This document shows positions 12,777-25,538 of a stretch of 64,000 nucleotides of DNA, in pieces. Source of the stretch: Tubulanus polymorphus. Taxonomy: Eukaryota; Animalia; Nemertea. Each line of letters begins with the position of its first letter. The stretch's first letter is position 1. Where the stretch lies: positions 15,346,485 to 15,410,484 of the forward strand of contig NC_134027.1 in the NCBI RefSeq assembly GCF_964204645.1, written 5' to 3'. Both the position numbers and the translations under genes were made by a program. The notes below the pieces were generated by a model. It ran no database searches and was not told where the DNA came from. It saw nothing but the letters and a program-made list of their open reading frames with translations.

Positions 12777-14044
12777 TTAGACCGTCTCATTCCAAGATGA
12801 GGCGTTCCGTTGATTTCGGATACAAGTTTCCGTTCAGAGATAACTGCTGAGCCATTTGGGCGACCTATCATTGATACTGTTTCCTAATAGCCTGTTTAGT
12901 AATGGCTGATGTTGAGCTTATCAAATGCTTTGTTGAAATCCACCGTTGAACAGGATTCTAAGACTGTGCAGAAAACCCGTTATCGCTGCTTTGCAGCTAT
13001 ATTTATTATTATTATTATTTTTTTCCACACATTTTTTGTCAAAAGTACATAGGCTTTTTTACATTACCGATGTTGCCGATACAATCCGTCTGATATCATT
13101 CAGCTCAGTTCGATCTACAAATACTCCGTGCGAATTTTGAAGAATCAACGTTACAAAAGCACTGTCGGGCCGTAAACATCGAAAATTGAGCCCCATTCAA
13201 AGAGCCGACATGTTTTTCTAAGTCGTCTTTCCGAAATCTACCGCACGTTTCTTGTCACATCGATTATCAATTCAAGCATAAATTAACAAATTTATTACCG
13301 AAAGATTGCACATTCTGTCGCGGTTTTTAAAAACTAATTTTAACAATAACCCATTTTCCTCATCAAATTATAATACCAATACACAGGAAATTTACTACTT
13401 TAGATTTTAAAAGCACTGTCGAGCCGTAAACATCGACAAATCGACGTGTGTCACTACATCGTCGTTCCGGGAATCAGCTGCGAGTTTCTCCTCATTCTGA
13501 GAATCAAATCGAGTACAAATTAATTTATTACTACCAGTGATTTGGCTGCGGGCGTCAAGCAGATAATTTAGCAATACCAAATTTACCGTGTTTTTACTAA
13601 GATAAATCATAATGTACCGGGGAGTCGTAGGCCTAAACTAAACACGCCGAAGAGATTATAGCGGAGAAAAGCTGTTATGTCGACGAGGTATCAAAATAAA
13701 AGAATATATTACTTTATTCGGCCGCGGGCCTCCATATCAATACCATCAATACTCTATATTTCCTACAGTACATACCGATCATTGTCAAATCCACAAGGTA
13801 TTTACTAAATACAAGTATAAAACACACTCCTATCCGTATGCTGGACTTACACTTGACATTCGGAGTAAGCGTTCGCTGTGGGGGTAAGGAGATCGTTCGC
13901 TGTGTCGCTTGAAGTGTTTATGGAGTTTTACGCGACCTTAAAGCTTTAGTATGGTGGCTGATAAGAAAACAAAACACGAATATGCAAATGAGGGCGACAT
14001 TACGACAAAACGACAAAATTAAAATAACGCGAGAAAACAATGAT
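12776..14044 (+). repeat. Dispersed ~1.3-1.5 kb composite repeat, copy A (others at ~16112-17110, 17111-17434 + 40388-41717, ~62161-63700)
   Basis: Near-identical sequence GTTAGACCGTCTCATTCCAAGATGAGGCG...GAAAACCCGTTATCGCTGCTTTGCAGCTATATT(TAT)n...CGTTCGCTGTGGGG in all copies. Confidence 0.9.
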
Positions 14045-15428
14045 TTTGATTTTGTCGCCCGCGACAATTCATTATTTTGGTTTTGTCGCCCACGACAATT
14101 CATTATTTTGGTTTTATATTTTGTTTTTGTCGCCCGCGACAATTTTCTTTTTTGGTTTTGTCGCCCGCGACAATTCAATATTTTGGTTTTATCGCCTGCG
14201 ACAATTCAATATTTTGGTTTTATCGCCCGCGATAATTCATTATTTTGGTTTTGTCGCCTGAGAAAATTCATTATTTTGGTTTTATCGCCCGCGACAATTC
14301 ATTATTACGGTTTTATCGCCCGCGACAATTCATTATTTTGGTTTTATCGCCCGCGACAATTCATTATTTTGGTTTTATCGCCAGCGACAATTCATTATTT
14401 TGGTTTTGTCGCCCCGACAATTCTTTTTTTGGTTTTGTCGCCCGCGACGATTCATTAGTTTGGTTTTGTCGCCCGCGACAATTCAATATTTTTGTTTTGG
14501 CGCCCGCGACAATTCAATATTTTGGTTTTGTCGCCCGCGACAATTCATTATTTTGGTTTAATCGCCCGCGACAATTCAATATTTTGGTTTTATCGCCCGC
14601 GATAATTCATTATTTTGGTTTTATCGCCCGCGACAATTCATTATTTTAGTTTTATCGCCCGCGAAAATCCATTATTTTGGTTTTATCGCCCGCGACGATT
14701 CATTATTTTGCTTTTGTCGCCCGCGACAATTCACCATTTTGGTTTTGTCGCCTGGACAATTCACCATTTTGGTTTTGTCGCCCGCGACAATTCATTATTT
14801 TGGTTTTGTCGCCCCGACAATTCTTTTTTTGGTTTTGTCGCCCGCGACAATTCATTAGTTTGGTTTTGTCGACGGCGACAATTCAATATTTTGGTTTTAT
14901 TGCCCTCGACAATTCATTACTTTGGTTTTCTCTCCAGCGACAATTCATTATTTTGGTTTTGTCGCCCGTGACAATTCTTGTTTTTGGTTTTGACGCCCGC
15001 GACAATTCATTATTTTGGTTTTATACTTTGTTTTTGTCGCCCACGACAATTTTTTTTTTGGTTTTGTCACCCGCAACAATTCAATATTTTGGTTTTGTCG
15101 CCCGCGACAATTCAATATTTTAGTTTTATCGCCCGCGATAATTCATTATTTTGGTTTTATCGCCCGCGACAATTCAATATTTTGTTTTTATCGTCCGCGA
15201 CAATTCATTATTTTGGTTTTGTCGCTCGAGACAATTCATTATTTTGGTTTTATCGTCCGCGACGATTCATTATTTTGGTTTTGTCGCTCGAGACAATTCA
15301 TTATTTTGGTTTTATCGCCCGCGAACAATTCATTAGTTTGGTTCTGTCGCCCGCGACAATTCAATATTTTGGTTTTATCACCCGCGACAATATATTAGTT
15401 TGGTTTTGTCGCCCGCGACAATTCTTTT
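14045..15428 (+). repeat. 31-bp satellite array
   Basis: Same unit as 9518-11294. Confidence 0.95.
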
Positions 15429-15997
15429 TCAGTCCACTTGGGACTTTAGTCCCAGTGGGCTATTGTGTTCACTTTTCGTCCGTCCGTCCGTCCATAGACG
15501 GAATCCAGTTATTTTGGGAAGTTTTGAAGATGCTTCAAGGTCATTGGTTTTAGTATGTGGCCATCAGGGGGCGTTGAATAATACAATAACTTAGTATTGC
15601 TATATTATATTTGTACCAAGGCATATTTTGTTACCATGATCAATTGCAAAGTTGTAGTTCATGACATCGTCTATGATTGTGGTGAGTTTTTAAGGACATT
15701 AGTTATTCCATATAGTTACCAGGGGGCGTTGAATAGTAGAAAAGCTTAGTTTTTCCTTATTAGATTGGTACCTAGGCATAGTTTGTTACCATGATCCATT
15801 GCAAAGTTGTAGATCATGACATCGTCTATGATTGTGGTGAGTTTTTAAGGACATTAGTTATTCCATATAGTCACCAGGGGGCGTTGAATAGTAGAATGGC
15901 TTAGTATTTCCTTATTAGATTGGTACCTAGGCATATTTTGCTACTATGATCAATTGCAAAGTTGTATTTCATGAAATGTACTACGATTGTGGTGAGA
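15425..15997 (+). mobile_element. Second, internally deleted and truncated copy of the HINE at 11291
   Basis: Identical 5' end CAGTCCACTTGGGACTTTAGTCCCAGTGGGC followed by three 155-bp units. Confidence 0.75.
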
Positions 15998-16111
15998 TAA
16001 ATGAAGAAATCCCACACTTCGAATTTGAAATTATACTATCAAATTTATTATTACGAAACCACAACGTTTCGGCTGTTGACTAACAGCCATCATCATCATC
16101 ATTCCACCTGA

Positions 16112-17434
16112 TTTTGGTCGAACAGTGTGTTAAGGTCGTTTTGGAAATTTACTCGGTCTGGTATATTTTGGATTACTGTGTATGTCATTTGTCAGGACAT
16201 TAAACAGAAGACGACTTAGGATACTACCTTGCGTGACTCCACTAGTTAGACCGTCTCATTCCAAGATGAGGCGTTCCGTTGATTTCGGTTACAAGTTTCC
16301 GTTCAGAGATAACTGCTGAGCCAATTTAACGACCTATCATTGATACTGTTTCCTAATAGCCTGTTTAGTAATGGCTGATGTTGAGCCTTATCAAATGCTT
16401 TGTTGAAATCCACCGTTGAACAGGATTCTAAGACTGGGCAGATAACCCGTTATCGCTGCTTTGCAGCTATATTTATTATTATTATTTTTTTCTACACATT
16501 TTTTGTCAAAAGTACATAGGCTTTTTTACATTACCGCTGTTGCCGATACAATCCGTCTGATATCATTCAGCTCAGTTCGATCTACAAATACTTCGTGCGA
16601 ATTTTGAAGAATCAACGTTACAAAAGCACAGTCGGGCCGTAAACATCGAAAATTGAGCCCCATTCAAAGAGCCGACATGTTTTTCTAAGTCGTCTTTCCG
16701 AAATCTACCGCACGTTTCTTGTCACGTCGATTATCAATTCAAGCATAAATTAACAAATTTATTACCCAATGATTAAACATTCTGTCGCGGTTTTTAAAAA
16801 CTAATTGTAACAATAGCCCAATTTCCTCATCAAATCATATTACCGATACACAGGAAATTTACTATTTTAGATTTTAAAAGCACTGTCGAGCCGTAAACAT
16901 CGACAAATCGACGTGTGTCACTACATCGTCGTTCCAGGGATCAGCTGCGAGTTTCTCCTCATCATGAGAATCAAATCGAGTACAAATTAATTTATAACTA
17001 CCAGTGATTTGGCTGCGGGCGTCAAGCAGTTAATTTAGCAATACCTATTTTTCTTTACCAAATTAACCGTGTATTTACTAAGATAAATCATAAGTGTACC
17101 GGGGAGTCGATATATTTTGTATATTTTGGATTACTGTGTATGTCATTTGTCAGGACATTAAACAGAAGACGACTTAGGATACTACCTTGCGTGACTCCAC
17201 TAGTTAGACCGTCTCATTCCAAGATGAGGCGTCCCGTTGATTTCGGTTACAAGTTTCCGTTCAGAGATAACTGCTGAGCCATTTGGGCGACCTATCATTG
17301 ATACTGTTTCCTAATAGCCTCATTAGTAATGGCTGATGTTGAGCCTTATCAAATGCTTTGTTGAAATCCACCGTTGAACAGGATTCTAAGACTGTGCAGA
17401 AAACCCGTTATCGCTGCTTTGCAGCTATATTTAT
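16112..17434 (+). repeat. Composite repeat copy B plus the 5' part of copy C (tandem)
   Basis: 16160-16470 is repeated at 17120-17434; matches 12776 and 62161 copies. Confidence 0.85.
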
Positions 17435-17745
17435 TAGGGTTTTCTGACTTTCGTCGAAAACCCTTTTGTAATTCTGTTGATTGTTATTATTATTATTTAC
17501 ATATTTTCCACTTTCTTTTCGCACGTAAAATTCATCTTCTATCAGATTCGACAACTAACTGCTTCTAATTGAAATGTAGAATTCTGATAGTAATATAACA
17601 CGCATTCGCTCCGCGTAGATTATACCTATGCACTCTCCGTCCTATTTTAAACTTAAAATTACTTACTGAAAGATAACACCGGATGATAGTAGCAATCGCG
17701 ACTCGCCCTGTCGGGTACTCCCAGTAACGATAAAAATAGCGTCCT

Positions 17746-17817
17746 GTCCTGTGGCATGGTGGATAAGGTGTTTGACTCCCAACCGAGAGGTCGAGGGTTC
17801 GAATCCTAGTGAAACCA
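17746..17817 (+). other. tRNA-derived (SINE-head-like) sequence
   Basis: A box TGGCATGGTGG, B box GGTTCGAATCC, CCC at the anticodon position; acceptor stem does not pair. Confidence 0.55.
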
Positions 17818-19469
17818 TGCAATATCACAGGGCAGCGCCGGCGCGCAACAATTGTTTTATTAATGAAACAACATGGTGGATGGTTGAAATCATTTTCGGC
17901 TTAAATTTATCGCGAGTTTTAGGACTTTAATGAATTTCACGAAACCATGATTTCTAAAATGAGTCAATTGATTAATTCTATTCGTAAATCAATTTACGTT
18001 GGCTACATTTCCTGAAGATTTCGGGGTCAAATCAACGCGATATGGACAGAAATTGTAGGAATTTTCACACGGAATTTTACTACCGCGTTCAGTTGACGAC
18101 TCGGATCGATGACAACGACAGCGGAGTTTATGTATTTTAAGGTGAGAATCCGTTAACCAGGGAATGTATTAAATGATTTCTTTAATAATATGAGTATGCT
18201 AGCGAATGAGTAGGCCTACTCGGTGAAGCAATGATCATTGTTGGCTACTTACTTAATGCCTAGCTTTTTTGGGGGATGCGCCTAGAATAGATTTAGGCCC
18301 TAAATATAATGGGTAGAGCCAGTCAGTGGAATGCCTTAATAGCAGCTAGTTATGGCCTGGTTTACACTGAATGTGCATGACAATTTATTTTGATTACTTT
18401 GTTTCCAGCTATTATTCGTGGAATGAACTGGGCACTACGGTCTTCAATTCCTTTGCGGATTCTTGCAGGAATATTAAACCACAGTGCGCAAATGTATGTT
18501 TCAAATTAGGCTTTTTCGACATTGACAGCCAAAGACGTAACTTAACACGCTAACTTAAGCGCAACTGTCAGATGCTGTAAGTACTTGACGTTTTGCGTAT
18601 TTATTTTTTTTTGTAATGCAATATTTGGATTAGTAATCAGTCGTGCTAACGTACATGCAGAATTGGATTCATTGTAATTATGGGATGATAATTCATGGGC
18701 GTCACGAGTCCTGCGACATACCCTTGATATGAAGCTTTTTTAATGTTAATCATTGACTTGTTTTGGAGTAAACTGAATAGCCCTAAAAATACCAATGCCA
18801 CGTGGCTTGGTGTCTATGCTCTACGAGACTGTAGTAATAGATTTTCACAACAAACTCATGATTTCAAATAGTCTCCTAAGATATCTATATATTATTTCGC
18901 TCCTTACCTAAGTAATTCTTACATTTGATTGCTTAATTACAGATGGAAAGAGGTCAGATGGCATGAAAATCGTCTGTGGCTGACTAATTGGCGCGAGTAA
19001 CCAAAATGCTTCAATCATCAGGGGTAGACAAATTAGCCGAAGATGAATGAAAACTTCACCTTGATGATCATCAGTTGATTTTGCTATAATTATTTGCCTG
19101 AATATATCCTTCATTTCAAAATCTGTCTTCAGTAGGATTTCTTTCAATAAAATATTTTGAAGATTGAATTTGAATTGATCTTAAAACCAGAGAAAGCATT
19201 CAGAAATTTAGAAAATCCTTGACTCATAATCAAATTCTGTGAAGTCAGTTAAGATCTTTTTGGTCGAATCAAGCCGAGGGCTCAGGTGACTAAAACTCAA
19301 TTCCTCACTGTCTTATAATGCCGAGTACGACGGAGTTTACACACTGAAACACGTTGGGCTGTGTAAGTGTTATTTGGATAAGTCCACAATATAATGACCG
19401 CCCTGCCCCGCTGCATCTGAGACGTCAACAAGTTAGACTGTATTGCTTCGATGACAAACTGACTCCTAC

Positions 19470-20317
19470 CAGGGGCGGATCCAGACCGTATTAGCCGTAT
19501 TGCCCAATACGGTCTAGAATTTTTAAGTGCCCTTCGAAATTTCACCGGCAATATTTTTGACGGCATTATTTCAGCAACCGCTAATTCCGTGTCCGTAATC
19601 CGGGCATAATTATAAAATTAATCGGTATATACTGCTGCCAAGAAAGTGAGGAGAGATAATCATATTTGTAAAGCCTTTAATCATGATAAATTAAAAAGGG
19701 CACTTTCCTTTTGCAAGGGGCACTCATGCTTTAGATGAGGGCACCTTGTCCTTCCTTGCCTTTTCAGGGAGGGCTAAAGGGGCACTCGTACTCTAGAATA
19801 GGGCACTATACGCGGAAAATGTTGAAGAAAAGGGCACTTTTTTGCCTAATTTTTAAAATTTTAGGGGCACTTTTGGTTTGGAAGATGGCACACGACATAA
19901 GGATAAATGTGAAGACGAGGCAATTTTTGCCGATTGTTAACAATGAAGGGGCACATAGCCGTATTCTGTATAATTGTTAAGGGGCACTTTTAAAGATTAT
20001 AGGGGCACTAGGCGAAGTTGGCGACAACCATTCTTTCATGGGTTCGCCAGCTTCATTTTTTATCCGCATGTGTTGAAATCTTGTCTCGAATTCGTTTATT
20101 CTGGATTGCTCTGCTAGCCTCTAGAAGCCCTCTAAAAGCCTTTAAATGGTACCATATTTTCAATTTTTTTTTTTGGGGGGGGGCCCAAACCCCCCTCTAA
20201 GGACTTCGCGCCTTCGGCGCTCGCATTGACCTGGATACTGGGTGTGCCCTAAGATCAGAAAGGTGCCCTTAAATTTCCTTCCAATACTGTCTACCCATCC
20301 CCCTGGATCCGCCCCTG
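19470..20317. mobile_element. MITE with 15-bp TIR CAGGGGCGGATCCAG
   Basis: Perfect TIRs at 19470-19484 and 20303-20317; CCTAC direct repeat on both sides; many internal GGGCAC motifs. Confidence 0.75.
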
Positions 20318-23300
20318 CCTACGCAAGATGACCATCCAATTCAAATGTAAATTAAGAAAGAAAACAACAAAACTAGTTGCGTTGATCAACAAAAATAAAT
20401 CAATAGTTTATTACAATACTTCAATTTCAAAATAAGGATAGGAAAAAGTGAAAAAGTGAACAATAAGTCATGCCATGCGTCTTTAAATATTTCCCAAGAA
20501 TATGTCTTTGTCTGGCCACCACCTGCCTCGACCTCAGACTTTTTCGAGATTTTCGCTAAAAATACGAAACAAGACAAAATTGATGGATGGGAATCATACA
20601 TGCTACATTCACTTTTACTGCGAACATTGGAATGAGCTAAAGCAATTTTCTAGGAGGAAAAATTGAGTCAAATGATGTTTCAAAATCTGGACGGGAAAAG
20701 TTTTACTGAATTGTATGGCTAATGGCAAATACATGTTTATATTGATAAGGTAAATATCTGTATAAAAGGTTGTATAGCAACTTGAATTGAAGGATTAATG
20801 CAATAGGTCTCTTATTCTAAAAGACGAGTGAGCCATACTTACTAGATTGGTCATGTGAATCAACATCAAATTTAGAACTATCATCCATTTTTAGTTTTCA
20901 ATCAAAGACTAACCTATGAAATAAAGTACATATTTTTCTGATAACAACCTGGAATAAATTAAAATAAATCTGAGGAATTCACCAAATTTCTGTATCGAAC
21001 CCCTAATAGGGCCTATATAACCTATAGATTGATACTTACATACGACAAATTGACGAAGAAACTTCATTTGACAGTATACAAACTCGCGGACAAACTCCCA
21101 AAATGAATCATGTCCTATTCACCTAGAATCAAACAAAATACAACTAAAAAAATTCACAATACAGATTTCGGTTTCGAATCCTTCAAATAGCTGTTTACTT
21201 ACATGAAACGAATTATCAAACTACTTCTGCCGACAGCATACCAACTCACTGACAAACCCCCGAAATGAAACATGTCATGATAAACATCTGGAATTAAACG
21301 TAATAAAGCTACAAAATTTACAAAATGTCGGTTTCGAATCCCTCAAATAGCCTTACACTTACAAATAATGGATTATCAAACAACCATGAACTCCCACAAC
21401 GCCACATGTCTTTCATAATCTACAGTGAAAACCTGGAATTAAATGAAATAAATCTTAAAATTCCGATTTGAACCCAACGTAGGCCCTCTCTCTACTTGTA
21501 GGCCTAGGATCTTGAAATAGGATAAATAATGTTATGATGAAAGAGGCATAATGGTTCGGAAAAAATTGAATTCAATATGGCTCTTGGCCCGGCAAAGTTT
21601 GCTTTTGAAATATCCTTGTGATTAGGCCTAGTTACACATTTTAAAAGCAAATTTCATTTTGCATCAAACTAAAAGCGGCTATGTTGAGGAAAAGATTCGT
21701 TTGAGTCGTAAAATTTATAGCCTAGAACCAATTTCTTGGTCAAAGCGTGATTCACAATTTTGACTGGGTCTTATTATTTCCACGTGGTAGTGGACAGAAA
21801 ATTTGAATAGGCCAAAATAATAGAATAATCTTTCTTAGGTTTCATGATAAAGATGCAGCATTCACATAGATTAATGCTTATCTTTTACAATTAGGCTTAT
21901 GTTTCAAAGGAAAACGCCCACAGTTGGTCGAACAGGGGTTAGGCATTGATGGTAGAGGGGCTGTGTGTGTGCTGAAACCACACGTAAAATCGGAAAATTC
22001 GCATTTTCAAAGCTGGAAGATCGTATGGATTAACGAAACAACCGCAATATTTAGGAAATATAGAGTGTTCTGCGATTTTGAAGTCCTCGATCATCAAAAT
22101 CGGTGAAGGATTTCGTGTCGAACTCAACGTTTTAAATTTCGAAATCGACAAAAACCGGCGTCATAGCATTTTCGGTCCAGGCGATTTCGGCCCTAATTTC
22201 GCGTCCAAAGACATATAATTCACGAACTATTCATCGGAAATTAACGGGATTAGTTCCGTTAGAAGCAGGAAGGTATTAGCTTTCATATCATGCCTGGATT
22301 ATCAAAATTGGATGAAAAATAACGAAATAGTAAGCGACTGAAGTTGAGTAGTTTGTGAGCGTCGTTTGCCCCCTTGTTATTTTATATATACTATATACAT
22401 TGGATTAACAGATTTTCGTTTTTACATTACCTACAACTCTGATACGAGCCCCTGTGGCTGAGACAGATAAAAATGCACGAGAACGAGTTTGTCGAGTGGA
22501 GCTTATTATTCCATCAGGGATAGTGTACTATAGTCATGTTATATATCAAAATGTTCCTTATTAGTTCCGCTGCATCGCTAAAAACTAATTGAGATAGGTT
22601 TCCCTGCATTTTTTACATATTACATCACTTAGAACGATAAACGTCCGTCGCCGACTGAAAAATTCACAAAAACTTCCGCATTGAGAGCGCCACCGCACCA
22701 ATTCAAATTGGATCGGAAACCCTCCAGCGATGCACTCTATGATCTTTAGAACCTGTCTTTGCTGACTGGGAATAAGATATTTCTCAGCGCGAAGGGGGCG
22801 GGGCGCAGCGTCACCAGGTCCCGCTCCGCGAGGAAGCTAGATTTTCAAAGAAATGAGTGCACGCGACGGCCGTGACCACTTGTTAGTGACGTCATCAAGA
22901 ATGATGGCTCCGAGAATCGCCACATCACAGGTTACTGTGAATAAATGGGATTCGACCATTCAAAAGTTCAAAATGTACTTTCTTGTTTTGTAAAACAAGT
23001 TTATTCATGTCGTTATATAAAGCATTTTGTTTGAAACATTCTTTAATAATGTTTGTTGAGTTTTAAGCCAATTGTCGTTGTGTAATTCCATACTACTGGT
23101 CACTGACATCAAAGTTTTAGTTTCTGTTCACATGTTTCGACTTATAAATATCCAATTTGTATGTTCTATCTTTTAATACAGGCCATGTGATTAATTGCGT
23201 ATCACTCCATTAGTTTAAGAGAGCACATATTTCGATATTGTTAAATAATTAACTACATTTTTTTCTGTCACACGTTGATTTTTTACCCATCACTTATAAA

Positions 23301-23673
23301 ATTCAAATGTACGTGATGTATTCGGTAAGCTATGTAAGCTTGTTCTTAAAAATACACTATGAATTTTCAATTTGTTCTGAACATAGTAGTTTATTTTTCG
23401 TAAATAAAATTTATATTTTAATTAAATAATTTCAAAATCTTTTCTGTGCCCTCTGCAACAGAAAGTTACTAAGGACTATTACATATTCAGATGTACGTTG
23501 ATAATTGATTTCAATCGTCCCTTCAAATAATTATATGAACATTATTTCGGAAAATGCAGGTGGCGCACAATCATAATACATACAACTCATCAAGCTGACG
23601 AGTCGTCTCCCTAACCAATGTTACAGACGGGTAAACAATCTACTCGACTCCACAGACAACTAAACGACCCGAG

Positions 23674-23794
23674 AGTAATTGGGAAAGTAGGCTTTCAGAT
23701 CAGAGGACGAGAGGACGAGACACCACTCATCACCACAAATAATTTTTTTTCTAACACTCATCACCACAAGTAATTTTTTTTCCTAATAAATGGG
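23674..23794 (+). repeat. Left terminal inverted repeat (121 bp), includes the pPolB start codon
   Basis: Exact reverse complement of 40093-40213; internal repeats GAGGACGA x2 and CACTCATCACCACAARTAATTTTTTTT x2. Confidence 0.97.
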
Positions 23795-25418
23795 GGAGAA
23801 TGAACACCAACTAGAAAACAATAATGTCAATAAAAATCAATATTATTGTCAATATTGTAAAAAATACATCGATACATCTAATAAAACACGACATGAAAAA
23901 ACTGCAAATCATATAAAAAATGTAATAGATTTTGAAACTACAGAAAATTCCAATGAAAGAAAAGAACGATTAGAAAATATGAATGTGAATGAAATAAAAT
24001 GTGAAGTTTGTGATGAATTTATAACAAAAAGGAATTATAATAGACATCTCGAAACAGAAAAACACCGTCAAAATTTGAGAAATAATGTTTTAGGAATAGA
24101 TTATTTTGATGATAAACCTCAACAAGTAAAAGAATCAACTTCAAAAACTAAATCCATTTCAAATAAACCTTACATGGAAAATGTTAGAATTTATATTGAT
24201 TCACTAGAAATAAAAGATACAATTGAAATCTTAGAAACATTACATAGTAAAATTGGTCCTGCAGCTATTATATTTAGATTTTTTAAAGGTACAACAATAG
24301 AAGATTATAGTAAATTTAATGAAATAATAGAAAAAATACTAGATTTGATAACAGATGTTGAATATCCAAAAATTAGTATCTCTGGGAAAGTAAGTTTTAT
24401 AAAGTCAGAAGAAAAAATGAATTATAATATTCAAACACACTCTGAAGAAATAATTTCAAAAACACAAATAAAAGAGAAGTTAGATAAAATATTAAATGAA
24501 TTTAAACGTCATATTGAAGAAAGATATTTTGAGGGTTCTGGCTTAACATTGAATGAAATTATATATTTAGATTTAAATGTTTATAATACAAAAAGGAATA
24601 AAACATCAAAAAGTAATAAAATGTTTAAAAATGATTCAAACTTTACAACAGAAAAGGATATGAAAGCATCAAGTTATATCAAATTACCGTTTACAACAAA
24701 AGCAGTAATAAATATTCAAAATGAAGATAATAAATGTTTTCTATGGTCAATTATTAGTTGCTTACATCCAACACAGGAAAATGTTTGTAGAATAACAGAT
24801 TATCGGAAATATGAAACATTATATAAAATTGATCAATATCCAGTAACTATAAAAATGATACCCAAAATAGAAAAAATTAATAATTTAAAAATAAATGTAT
24901 TCGAATTAATGCAATTACCAAAGACAAAAGGTGAAAATATTAAAGATTATACATTGGAAGCTTTATATTTAACAGAATATTATGATGATGAAAATGCTAT
25001 AGATTTGTTATATTACAAAAAAGATGAAAATGAACATTATATGTGGTTAAAACAAATTGATTTATTCTTTAGAACAGAAAGTGATCATCATAATAAAATT
25101 TATCTATGTAGAAAATGTTTATCCAAATTTATGACTGAGAATACATTATTAAAACATAAAGAATTATGTGATAATAAAGATTTTTGTAAATTAATAATGC
25201 CAACAGAAAAAGATTATAAATTGAAATTTACTAATCATAAATTTAAAAATATTGTTCCATTTGTAATTTATGGGGATTTTGAATCGTTGAATAAAGAATT
25301 AACTGATCAAGATAGAAAAGAAATATATAACAAAAAGCAATTATTAAAATCAATGGATAAAGGAAATGAATTAAATGAAGACACAATACAAGACCCACCA
25401 ATTATAAATACAATTTAA
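23790..25418 (+). CDS. polB: Protein-primed DNA polymerase B, N-terminal part (C2H2 zinc fingers, terminal-protein/OTU-like region, Exo I); ends at a single in-frame TAA
   Basis: CQYC..H and CEVC..H fingers, NEDNKCFLWSI...HYMW, VIYGDFES Exo I motif. Same frame as 25539-28853 (offset 1749 nt = 583 codons) and open between them. Confidence 0.9.
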   Translation: MGENEHQLENNNVNKNQYYCQYCKKYIDTSNKTRHEKTANHIKNVIDFETTENSNERKERLENMNVNEIKCEVCDEFITKRNYNRHLETEKHRQNLRNNVLGIDYFDDKPQQVKESTSKTKSISNKPYMENVRIYIDSLEIKDTIEILETLHSKIGPAAIIFRFFKGTTIEDYSKFNEIIEKILDLITDVEYPKISISGKVSFIKSEEKMNYNIQTHSEEIISKTQIKEKLDKILNEFKRHIEERYFEGSGLTLNEIIYLDLNVYNTKRNKTSKSNKMFKNDSNFTTEKDMKASSYIKLPFTTKAVINIQNEDNKCFLWSIISCLHPTQENVCRITDYRKYETLYKIDQYPVTIKMIPKIEKINNLKINVFELMQLPKTKGENIKDYTLEALYLTEYYDDENAIDLLYYKKDENEHYMWLKQIDLFFRTESDHHNKIYLCRKCLSKFMTENTLLKHKELCDNKDFCKLIMPTEKDYKLKFTNHKFKNIVPFVIYGDFESLNKELTDQDRKEIYNKKQLLKSMDKGNELNEDTIQDPPIINTI

Positions 25419-25538
25419 AAAGTTCATCAAAGAGCTGCTGCTTATGGAATTTACATCAAATCAAATTATCCCGAATTATATGAAAGTCAATATATTTCTT
25501 TTAGAGGTGAAAATGTAGTTAATGATTTTTGTGATAAA

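Noticed and set aside
17746-17817. Functional tRNA-Gly gene
   Set aside because: A/B boxes are present but the acceptor and anticodon stems do not pair properly; treated as a SINE-like head.
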